56,260 bases of DNA. It comes from an uncultured bacterium (GTDB lineage: Bacteria; Bacillota_I; Bacilli_A; RF39; UBA660). This document shows positions 1 to 8,047 of this stretch, one piece after another; position 1 is the first letter of the stretch, and every line of letters starts with the position of its first letter. Position numbers and translations under genes: made by a program. The notes below the pieces were generated by a model that saw nothing but the letters and a program-made list of their open reading frames with translations, did not search any database and was not told where the DNA came from. Where the stretch lies: positions 1-56,260 of the forward strand of contig CAUERX010000005.1 in NCBI GenBank assembly GCA_959020415.1, read 5' to 3'.

Positions 1-669
1 GCTAATGCAGCTGGAGGAAATAGTTGTTCAAAGACATTTAAACGTGATGCAACTGGGCCAACATGTTCATTAAAATCCTCTGGTGACTTAGGCGATAATG
101 GTTGGTATAGAAGTAACGTTGATATAAAATTTAATGATAAAAATGATTCAATGAGTGGTGTTACTAGTTTTGGCTTGACGACTAGTAGTTCAGAAAATTA
201 TAATAGCAGTACTTTAGCAACTCAATCTTCTGATACATCGGGAACGACTTATTATGGTTATGTAAAAGATGCTGCGGGTAATACTGGTAAATGTTCAACT
301 AATATAAAAAGAGATGTTACCCCTCCTTGGGATTTAAATAATACTTATTATGCTTATTATGAACCTTGGGGTAGTTATTCTCATACTACAGTTACTGATT
401 TTGGTGAAAATTTTGAAATGGCAGAATTACAATATCAATATTGTTATGAGGGAACCTCTTGTGGTAGTAATAAAAAGAAAAATTGTGATAATACTAGTAT
501 TTATGATCAACCATGGAATATTGATAATGGTTATAGTAGGTGGGGGGACCAGGCTTATTCTATTCGTTTAGGATACGGTTGTTGGGGATATAAAATTCAG
601 CTTAGAGTATGGCTCAAAGATGCTGCAGGTAATGAAACTTATCTTAAAGTATATACTGTTAGAATATAA
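1..669 (+). CDS. 3' part of a large surface protein (5' end outside window) with repeated Ig-like modules
   Basis: Frame 1 is open from base 1. The motif D/N-A-A-G-(G)N..C(S)...KRD.T.P occurs twice and DAAGNETY occurs again near the C-terminus. A GWYRSNVDIKF..D..SGV motif is typical of bacterial Ig-like surface domains. Confidence 0.6.
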   Translation, partial: ANAAGGNSCSKTFKRDATGPTCSLKSSGDLGDNGWYRSNVDIKFNDKNDSMSGVTSFGLTTSSSENYNSSTLATQSSDTSGTTYYGYVKDAAGNTGKCSTNIKRDVTPPWDLNNTYYAYYEPWGSYSHTTVTDFGENFEMAELQYQYCYEGTSCGSNKKKNCDNTSIYDQPWNIDNGYSRWGDQAYSIRLGYGCWGYKIQLRVWLKDAAGNETYLKVYTVRI

Positions 670-684
670 ATTGTAGGAGATAGT

Positions 685-1056
685 ATGAAAAAGAAAATAT
701 TAATTTTAATCATAGTTTTTATATGTGTAGGCTGTGGTTGTACTATGGAAAAAGAAAAAAAAGACAAAATCGATAGTATTGCGAAGATAGAAGGCGGGAA
801 AATAAGTTTAGCAATTTATAAGAATTTAGAATTTAAATCGATTTATGAGGAAGAGCAAATTAATGTAAATGTTAAAAATGTTTCAGAGTCAAAATTAGTG
901 ATTAATAAAATAATAATTAAGGTTCATGATAAGTCTGGCCATGTTAATAATTATGAATTTACTTTGAATGAAACTTTGGAACATAAAGGTACAACTAATT
1001 TTACTTTCGCTTATAGAATAGAAGATATCAAAAAAATTGAATATTTATACGAATAG
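685..1056 (+). CDS. small lipoprotein, unknown function
   Basis: N-terminus MKKKILILIIVFICVGCGC has a lipobox-like VGC. RBS GGAG lies upstream. The rest looks like a beta-rich ectodomain. Confidence 0.55.
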   Translation: MKKKILILIIVFICVGCGCTMEKEKKDKIDSIAKIEGGKISLAIYKNLEFKSIYEEEQINVNVKNVSESKLVINKIIIKVHDKSGHVNNYEFTLNETLEHKGTTNFTFAYRIEDIKKIEYLYE

Positions 1057-1060
1057 AAAA

Positions 1061-1101
1061 AGAGTAATTTTAAACTTTTAGTATTAAAATTGCTCTTTTT
1101 A
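1061..1101 (+). terminator. Rho-independent terminator
   Basis: AGAGTAATTTTAA (1061-1073) pairs with TTAAAATTGCTCT (1084-1096) with one G-U pair, followed by a T-run. Confidence 0.65.
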
Positions 1102-1207
1102 ATAGGTAATATAAAAGGCTAAACACTAGAGTTTATTTAAAAAATGTTATTTCATATGAATTAATATTAATTTTGCTAAAACAACATTAATATTTAGTAC
1201 CTTTTTC

Positions 1208-1236
1208 TTGCTTTATAAAATTAAATGGTGTAAAAT
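1208..1236 (+). promoter_or_regulatory. sigma-A-type promoter for ftsY operon
   Basis: TTGCTT, 17 nt spacer, TAAAAT. Confidence 0.45.
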
Positions 1237-1261
1237 GATGATAGGTAATAAGGGTGATAAT

Positions 1262-2236
1262 ATGGGTTTATTTGATAGATTTAAAAATGTTTTTAAAAAA
1301 GAAGAAAAAGCAGAAGTTGAATTATACGATAGGGGTTTAGAAAAAACTAGAAACAATTTTTTGACTTCACTTATAAATTTAAATAGTAAACATAATAGAA
1401 TTGATGATGAATATTTCGAGGAATTAGAAGAAATTTTAATTATGGCTGATATTGGTGTTAATACAGTTATGGATATTATTGATCGATTGAAAACTAGGGT
1501 TAAAAAAGAAAATATTACAACAGCTGATGAGCTTAAAGAAATTATTGTCGACGAAATGTTTGTAATTTATGTTAATAATGATATTATTGTTAATAAAATT
1601 AATTATAGTTCAGAAGGGCCAACGGTTATTTTATTTGTTGGTGTTAATGGAGCAGGTAAAACTACGACGATTGGTAAAATAGCTCATAAACTTAAAAATG
1701 AAGGCAAAAAGGTTTTGATGGTTGCAGGTGATACATTTAGGGCTGGTGCAACGGAACAATTAGCAGAATGGGCTAAAAATATTGGTGTAGATATTGTTTG
1801 CCGAGAGAATGCTGATCCAGTTAGTGTAATGTATGATGGTGCTTTAAAGGCTAAAGAGGAAAATTATGATGTTGTTTTAATTGATACTGCTGGAAGATTA
1901 CAGAATAAAGTTAATTTAATGAAGGAATTAGAAAAAATAAATAAAGTTATTGGTAAATTAATTCCTGAGGCCCCACACGAAACTTTATTAGTGGTTGATG
2001 CGACAACTGGACAAAATGGAATAAGTCAAGCCAAAAGCTTTCAAGAAATAACTGATATTACAGGAATTGTTCTTTCTAAATTAGATGGAACAGCTAAAGG
2101 CGGAATTGTTTTAGCAATCAAAGATAGTACAGGAATTCCAGTTAAATTTGTTGGTTTAGGCGAAGGCAAAGAAGATTTAAAAGTTTTCGATATTGAAAAA
2201 TATATATATGGTTTATTCAAAGGAATGGAGGAGTAA
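1262..2236 (+). CDS. ftsY: signal recognition particle receptor FtsY
   Basis: SRP GTPase motifs GVNGAGKTTT, DTAGR and SKLDG. I prefer the ATG at 1262 (MGLFDRFK) behind AAGGGTGA over the ORF-track start at 1208. Confidence 0.92.
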   Translation: MGLFDRFKNVFKKEEKAEVELYDRGLEKTRNNFLTSLINLNSKHNRIDDEYFEELEEILIMADIGVNTVMDIIDRLKTRVKKENITTADELKEIIVDEMFVIYVNNDIIVNKINYSSEGPTVILFVGVNGAGKTTTIGKIAHKLKNEGKKVLMVAGDTFRAGATEQLAEWAKNIGVDIVCRENADPVSVMYDGALKAKEENYDVVLIDTAGRLQNKVNLMKELEKINKVIGKLIPEAPHETLLVVDATTGQNGISQAKSFQEITDITGIVLSKLDGTAKGGIVLAIKDSTGIPVKFVGLGEGKEDLKVFDIEKYIYGLFKGMEE

Positions 2237-2238
2237 AG

Positions 2239-2496
2239 ATGAAAAGTAGTAATGGAAAAATGGATATTGGACTTATGTTCCAATTTGGATTGTTAATTGT
2301 TTTAATTGTTTTGGTAATTTTATCATTCTTTTGGAAAACATTTTTACCAATCGCTGATATTGTAGCTGGTTTAACATTTATGACTATAGCTTATAATAAG
2401 CGTGATTATTATGATAAAAAGTATATGATTTTCTTTTTTATAGCATTCGGTGTTCTTTTTATTGGACTTGGAGTTTTCAATTTAATAAATGGATAA
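2239..2496 (+). CDS. small polytopic membrane protein
   Basis: 85 aa with 2-3 hydrophobic helices. GGAGGAG RBS. Starts 2 nt after ftsY and overlaps ylxM. Confidence 0.5.
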   Translation: MKSSNGKMDIGLMFQFGLLIVLIVLVILSFFWKTFLPIADIVAGLTFMTIAYNKRDYYDKKYMIFFFIAFGVLFIGLGVFNLING

Positions 2497-2779
2497 TCGA
2501 ATTTATTTAATAAATCTTTATGATTATTATGGAGATTTATTAACGTTAAAGCAACAAGCTTATTTTGAAGATTATTATTTTGATAATTTAACGTTATCAG
2601 AGATTAGTGAAAACAACAAAATTAGTCGCAATGCTGTTCATAAACAGTTAAAAGAAGTTGCTATAAAATTAGAAACATACGAAGAAAAATTAAAGTTATA
2701 TCAAAAGGCGTTAGAAATAAAAAAGATAATTAAAAATTTAGACAATGAAATAAAAGAAAAAATAGAAGAATTAATATAG
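2489..2779 (+). CDS. ylxM: YlxM/UPF0122 putative HTH protein of the SRP operon
   Basis: LYDYYGDLLTLKQQAYFEDYYFDNLTLSEISE..ISRNAVH aligns along its length with B. subtilis YlxM. Confidence 0.8.
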   Translation: MDNRIYLINLYDYYGDLLTLKQQAYFEDYYFDNLTLSEISENNKISRNAVHKQLKEVAIKLETYEEKLKLYQKALEIKKIIKNLDNEIKEKIEELI

Positions 2780-2788
2780 GAGGCAAAT

Positions 2789-4540
2789 ATGTTTGGGAAA
2801 ATAGTTTACATTAGTGATAATGAAGCTCATGTTCAAAGATTACAAGATGGTTCAATGTCAACAAATATAATGAATATGCATGTTATTTTTGAAGATGAGA
2901 AGAAAAAAATATTAGGTGAAGTTGAAGATATCAGTGATGGTATTATTAAAATAAGATTTTTAGGAGAGATTGTTAATAATCGTTTTGTTGGAGGAGTTAT
3001 TCGTAAACCAACATTTAATGCTAATCTTCGTTTGATTAATCGTGATGAAGTGGCAATGTTAGTTGGGGAAGATAATGATTCATCATTTATTTTAGGGGTA
3101 AGTCCTTTATATGATGATTATCCAATTAGAGTTGATATTAATGATTTATTTAGTAGCCATATGGCAATTTTTGGTAACAGTGGTAGTGGTAAATCATGTG
3201 GGGTAGCTCGTATTTTGCAAAATGTATTTTCTAATCCAAAGTTATTACCGTTTAAATCAAATTTCTTTATTTTTGATGCATATGGAGAATATCATAATGC
3301 ATTAAGGGATGTTAGTAGGATTAATCCCAATTTGAACTTTAAATTTTATACGACCAATGTTAATCAAACAGATGGTCAGATTTTAAATTTACCAGTTTGG
3401 TTATTAGATATTGATGACATGGCTTTATTGTTAAGGTCAGAAACGCATTCACAGCTTACAATTATTGAACGTATGCTTAAATTGGCTAATATCTTCGCAC
3501 TAGAGGATGATACAGCTATTCGTTATAAAAATCATTTGATTGCCAAAGCGATTATGAGTATTTTATATACAAATCAGACTGCAAGTAGTAAGCGAAATGA
3601 TGTTTTTCAAATTTTGGCTACTTGTTCAACTGATGAATTTAATTTAGAAGCACCAGTTCAAGGTATTGGTTATACGCGTAAATTTAGGGAATGTTTTACA
3701 ATTGATACAGCCGGACAATTTCCAGAAAGTATATTAATGACTGAATATGTAACTAATCATATTGATGAATCTTTAGATAAATATGAGCCAACTGAAATAA
3801 AATATTATACTTTAGAAGATTTGGAAAAAGCTTTAGATTTTACTTTAATTAGTGAAGGATTATTACATAATGATGAAACTTATAGTGATGCAATCACTTT
3901 AAAAGTTCGTCTTCATTCTTTAACTATTTCTGAAAATTCAAGATATTTACGTTATCCAAGTTTTATTACAATGGAAAATTATATTGCAACATTAGTATCA
4001 GTGAATGGTAAAAAAGCACAAATTATTAACTTTAATTTAGAAGATGTTGATGATTGGTTTGCTAAAGTAGTAGTTAAAATATATTCAAAGATGTTATTTA
4101 ATTTTACGAAGCGTTTAAAACAAAGGGCATCTATTCCATTTCATATTTTTGTTGAAGAAGCACATAGATATGTTCAAAATGATGGGGATGTGGAATTAAT
4201 AGGATACAACATTTTTGAGCGTGTGGCTAAAGAGGGAAGAAAATATGGAATCATTTTGAATTTGATTTCCCAAAGACCAGTAGAAATTTCAGAGACTGTT
4301 ATATCACAATGTGCGAATTTCTTAATTTTTAAACTAAACCATCCAAGGGATGTTGAGTATATTACGAAGATGTTACCGAATATTAGTGCTGAAATTGTTG
4401 AAAAGCAAAAGTCGTTGCAGCCGGGAACTTGTATGGCCTTTGGTCAAGCATTTAAGGTTCCAATGATTGTTAGAATGCAAATGCCAAATCCTGCACCATC
4501 AAGTAGTAGTTGTGATGTTGTTGAAAGATGGAAAGTTTAA
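2789..4540 (+). CDS. HerA/FtsK-superfamily ATPase (DUF87-like)
   Basis: N-terminal barrel-like region, Walker A FGNSGSGKS, Walker B HIFVEEAHRY, then LISQRP. Size (583 aa) and layout fit bacterial HerA-like ATPases. Strong RBS TAGGAGG. Confidence 0.75.
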   Translation: MFGKIVYISDNEAHVQRLQDGSMSTNIMNMHVIFEDEKKKILGEVEDISDGIIKIRFLGEIVNNRFVGGVIRKPTFNANLRLINRDEVAMLVGEDNDSSFILGVSPLYDDYPIRVDINDLFSSHMAIFGNSGSGKSCGVARILQNVFSNPKLLPFKSNFFIFDAYGEYHNALRDVSRINPNLNFKFYTTNVNQTDGQILNLPVWLLDIDDMALLLRSETHSQLTIIERMLKLANIFALEDDTAIRYKNHLIAKAIMSILYTNQTASSKRNDVFQILATCSTDEFNLEAPVQGIGYTRKFRECFTIDTAGQFPESILMTEYVTNHIDESLDKYEPTEIKYYTLEDLEKALDFTLISEGLLHNDETYSDAITLKVRLHSLTISENSRYLRYPSFITMENYIATLVSVNGKKAQIINFNLEDVDDWFAKVVVKIYSKMLFNFTKRLKQRASIPFHIFVEEAHRYVQNDGDVELIGYNIFERVAKEGRKYGIILNLISQRPVEISETVISQCANFLIFKLNHPRDVEYITKMLPNISAEIVEKQKSLQPGTCMAFGQAFKVPMIVRMQMPNPAPSSSSCDVVERWKV

Positions 4541-4548
4541 GATAGCAA

Positions 4549-4956
4549 ATGAATAAGAAATTAATAGTATTTATTCTTTTGGCGGTTACTGTTTTAGCGC
4601 TTTCGTGGTTTGTTTTTACAGAAAAGACACCAGAGAAGGAAGTAAAAGAGGTTAAAACTGTTCGTAAGGATATATTAGAAGACCAAGTGGTTGATGAAAA
4701 AGTGGTAATTACAAATATTAATTTAGATACGCGAAAGGAAAGATCAACATTTAGTGCGAAAGTGCGAAACTTGACTAGTGATATTTTGGAATATCAGTCA
4801 CTTAAGATTACAGTTAAGAATGGCACTAAAACAATTGCTGTTTTGTTAGGTTATTTTGGGGGACAACTAGAGCCTGAACAAACAGTAAGTGTTACGGCCG
4901 AGACTAACATTGATTTATCTAAAGCGTCATCCCTAGAATTTTCTTTATCAGGTTAA
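4549..4956 (+). CDS. N-terminally membrane-anchored beta-rich protein, unknown function
   Basis: One N-terminal TM helix (LIVFILLAVTVLALSWFVF). Starts 8 nt after the HerA-like gene. Confidence 0.5.
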   Translation: MNKKLIVFILLAVTVLALSWFVFTEKTPEKEVKEVKTVRKDILEDQVVDEKVVITNINLDTRKERSTFSAKVRNLTSDILEYQSLKITVKNGTKTIAVLLGYFGGQLEPEQTVSVTAETNIDLSKASSLEFSLSG

Positions 4957-4994
4957 TATTGTTTTTATAAATATAGTAGAGGAAGGTGAGATGT

Positions 4995-6518
4995 ATGTTT
5001 TGCAGTAGATGTGGAACAGCAAATGCTGGTGATGCTAAATTTTGTATTCATTGTGGGGCACCATTGAATGAAGTAGCAGCTAGTAATGCAAATCAAACAG
5101 GAGATCAGGCTCCAGAAACGTTAGAAGTACCTACTAATTATTCTAATCCGAATTCAGGGGTAATTAGTAATATGATTAATCCAGGAGGGGTTAGAAAAGC
5201 TTTAAAAGCTGATGCTAAAGCAAGACCTAAAACACCACTTGTATTAGCGACTCTTGTTTATCTTATAATTTGTGGAGCGATAGGAGCAATTATTGCATCG
5301 GTAAGTGGAGTTGATTATTTTGCTTATACAGGTGAATTCGCGATGCCAATTTGGGCTAGTTCAGTAGAAAGTATTTTATTTACATTGGTTGGTGCTGTAT
5401 TTGGTTATGGAATTTTATCTGTAGCTTTTGATGTCGTGAGAGGTAAACCAATTAATTTTGGTGATGTTTTTATAAGACCATTTAAAAACATGAAAAATCT
5501 GGGCTATTATTTATTAGTAATGGTATTAGTTTATGTTATTGGTTTTGTAGTTGGTTTTTTAGCAACAATAATTCCATTTTTAGGATTTTTCCTAATGATT
5601 GGACTGTTTGTGGCAGTTATTTATTATGGACCAGCAATTGATATTTTCTTATGCGTTTTAGTTGATGAAAATACACCAAAGGAAACTTTTACTTTATCTT
5701 TTAAACGAGCTTTAGATATTATTAAAGGTCATAGAGTTGAGTATTATGGAACTAATTTAAGTTTCTTTGGTTGGTGGTTACTTTCAATTTTAACTTTTGG
5801 TATTTTATTAATATGGATTCTTCCATATATGAGAATGACTGTAGCCAATATGTATAGAAGGTGGACTAAAGATGTTGATTTTAATGTTCAACAAACTGGT
5901 TTAAGTAATGGAGCAGTGATAGGTCTTTCCGTAGGTGGCTGCGGTGGTTGTTTTGCTGTATTTATAATTTTCTTCATAGGAATTATCGCAACGGTTTTAG
6001 TGTCATTAGGATATAATATAGATGCTATTGATAAATTAGAAAACTATGATAATAATCATTCAACAGTAGAAAAATCAACTAAAAATACTGGAACATCAAA
6101 GGTAACTATGGGTTCTGGTAGCAATATAGTGACTTTCAAGGTTCCTAGTGGATTTGATAGACCTTATGACGGTAATGATAGTGATTATAGTAGTTTTCAT
6201 ATGAATGATGGGTATGATTCAATTAAATATTCACATAGAAATATGGATGCAGATAAAGTGTATGGCTATGAAATGGAAACAATTACTAAGTATCGCTATG
6301 CTGATTATCAATATGTTGATAATGAATTTACAACAACAATAAATAATAAAACAATGAAGGTTCATACAACGAAAGTAACAACTGCTTATGATACTACTTA
6401 TACTGAGGTTTATACTGTGTATCCAGTTAATAGTAGTAATTCAATTGAAATAGAAATTCAGGCATATGATAAAGATATAACTGCTGACAATATTAAAAAT
6501 TATATTATTGTAAAATAA
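4995..6518 (+). CDS. zinc-ribbon / polytopic membrane protein (DUF975-like core) with Y/T/N-rich C-terminal domain
   Basis: MFCSRCGTANAGDAKFCIHCGAPL is a CxxC..CxxC zinc ribbon. Several TM helices follow, with LTFGILLIWILPYMRMTVANMY as in the DUF975 family. ATG at 4995 sits behind AGGAAGGTGA. Confidence 0.6.
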   Translation: MFCSRCGTANAGDAKFCIHCGAPLNEVAASNANQTGDQAPETLEVPTNYSNPNSGVISNMINPGGVRKALKADAKARPKTPLVLATLVYLIICGAIGAIIASVSGVDYFAYTGEFAMPIWASSVESILFTLVGAVFGYGILSVAFDVVRGKPINFGDVFIRPFKNMKNLGYYLLVMVLVYVIGFVVGFLATIIPFLGFFLMIGLFVAVIYYGPAIDIFLCVLVDENTPKETFTLSFKRALDIIKGHRVEYYGTNLSFFGWWLLSILTFGILLIWILPYMRMTVANMYRRWTKDVDFNVQQTGLSNGAVIGLSVGGCGGCFAVFIIFFIGIIATVLVSLGYNIDAIDKLENYDNNHSTVEKSTKNTGTSKVTMGSGSNIVTFKVPSGFDRPYDGNDSDYSSFHMNDGYDSIKYSHRNMDADKVYGYEMETITKYRYADYQYVDNEFTTTINNKTMKVHTTKVTTAYDTTYTEVYTVYPVNSSNSIEIEIQAYDKDITADNIKNYIIVK

Positions 6519-6544
6519 AAATCGGAAATTAATCCGATTTTTTT
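6517..6544 (+). terminator. Rho-independent terminator (copy 1 of repeated element)
   Basis: AAAATCGGA-aattaa-TCCGATTTT stem-loop plus T-run. Confidence 0.8.
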
Positions 6545-6575
6545 GTCTATTTGATGTAAACTGATTTTCGAAAAC

Positions 6576-6604
6576 TTGTTTAAAACGGGGATATTGGATA
6601 TAAT
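6576..6604 (+). promoter_or_regulatory. sigma-A-type promoter
   Basis: TTGTTT, 17 nt spacer, TATAAT. Confidence 0.5.
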
Positions 6605-6663
6605 GAATACAAGGTAAAAAATAGGGAATAATAAACTTAGCTAGTATAAGTAGGAGAGATAAA

Positions 6664-8022
6664 ATGAGTAAAAGTAAAAAAAGAAATATAATAATAGGAA
6701 GTTTGTGTGCAGTAATCCTATTAATGAGCGTAGGGTATGCCGCATTTCAAACAATACTTAATATAGAAGGCACAAGTAATATAACATCATCATGGGATAT
6801 AAAGATTACTAACGTAACAAGTAAAAATATAAAAGGAACAGCTTCAAATAATGGGGATCCAGTATGGGAAAATCTATCAGCTACTTTTAAAACAAACTTA
6901 CAAGCTCCAGGTGATAGTATAGAGTATGATATCACAGTAACTAATAATGGAAACTTGAATGCAAAATTAGATAAATACAAATTAACTGATGCCAATAATG
7001 AAGCAATAAAATTTACGCAAACAGGATTAGCAAATGGGGAAGTATTAACTGCCGGAAGTACCAAAACATTTACGGTAAAAGTAGAATACTTAAGTATAGT
7101 AAGTGAACAACCCTCAAAAGTAACAAGTTCATTAACAATCACACTAGATTACTCACAAGCGGAGAATGGATATACACCAGGTGAGCAAGTAGCATCAGAA
7201 CAATTAACATCAAACATAGTAACATCAGGAGATGGTTTATATGAAGACACATATGAGCCAGGAAGATATGTATATAAAGGCGCTAATCCAAACAACTACA
7301 TAACATTTAATAATGAAGAGTGGCGAATAATATCAGTAGAAGCAGATGGCACTTTAAAAATTGTTAGAATGGCTAATTTAGGTAGCAGACCATATGATGT
7401 CGCAGGAAATAGAGATAATGCTAGCAATGGAGCAGGTGGAACCTATTGTTCATCATCTGCTAAAGGATGCAATGTATGGGCAAAAACAGATAATTTCATT
7501 AATGGATCTTTAAGTGGTACTGTTTTGAAAAACTCATCTTTAAATGAGTATTTAAATGCCGAGTATTACAATAGTTTAGATGATATTGCTAAGGATAAAA
7601 TTCAAAATCATGTTTTTTATTACGGACCTGTAGATTCACTTGATGACTCACAAACAATTGAGTCGACTATTGAGGCTGAAAAAAAATATAGTTGGATGGG
7701 GAATATAGGTCTTATGCAGGCCAGTGACTATGTTCGGGCTACTTTCGATCCATTATGTATTAGTATTAATAGTGGGGTGTCTGCGCCATACCATTGTGGG
7801 CAATTTAACTTTTTGACTTTAGGTGATACTCAGTGGCCGTGGCTTTTAAATGCATTTCCTTCTACTAATTATGGAATATTCACAATAAGCGAGAATGGGT
7901 TTATTCATATGGGGGTAGATGGCGCTAAGGGAGATAGAGCGGTTTGGCCATCATTATATTTAAAATCTGATATCCAATTATCAGGAAAGGGAACAGAGGC
8001 TAATCCATATTCGATAAAATAA
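6664..8022 (+). CDS. secreted protein with TasA/camelysin-like signal peptide end (GYAAF), beta-sandwich domain and C-terminal domain ending LYLKSD..G.GT..NPY
   Basis: The signal/anchor ends in VGYAAFQT (compare TasA GTWAAFND). The N-domain is homologous to the 38472..38981 product. The C-terminus is homologous to the remnant at 27097..27270. Confidence 0.6.
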   Translation: MSKSKKRNIIIGSLCAVILLMSVGYAAFQTILNIEGTSNITSSWDIKITNVTSKNIKGTASNNGDPVWENLSATFKTNLQAPGDSIEYDITVTNNGNLNAKLDKYKLTDANNEAIKFTQTGLANGEVLTAGSTKTFTVKVEYLSIVSEQPSKVTSSLTITLDYSQAENGYTPGEQVASEQLTSNIVTSGDGLYEDTYEPGRYVYKGANPNNYITFNNEEWRIISVEADGTLKIVRMANLGSRPYDVAGNRDNASNGAGGTYCSSSAKGCNVWAKTDNFINGSLSGTVLKNSSLNEYLNAEYYNSLDDIAKDKIQNHVFYYGPVDSLDDSQTIESTIEAEKKYSWMGNIGLMQASDYVRATFDPLCISINSGVSAPYHCGQFNFLTLGDTQWPWLLNAFPSTNYGIFTISENGFIHMGVDGAKGDRAVWPSLYLKSDIQLSGKGTEANPYSIK

Positions 8023-8047
8023 AAATCGGAAATTAATCCGATTTTTT
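8021..8047. terminator. Rho-independent terminator (copy 2), shared by the convergent 6664 gene and glmS
   Basis: Same hairpin as 6517..6544. It lies between two convergent stop codons. Confidence 0.8.

Noticed and set aside
2789-4540. Considered assigning the HerA-like ATPase to a conjugative VirB4/TraG-type system or to known Sir2-HerA / DUF4297-HerA defence pairs.
   Set aside because: No relaxase, coupling protein, pilus/T4SS component, Sir2, DUF4297 or NurA-like gene is adjacent. The immediate upstream gene is a clear YlxM homolog. The ATPase is kept as an unassigned module.
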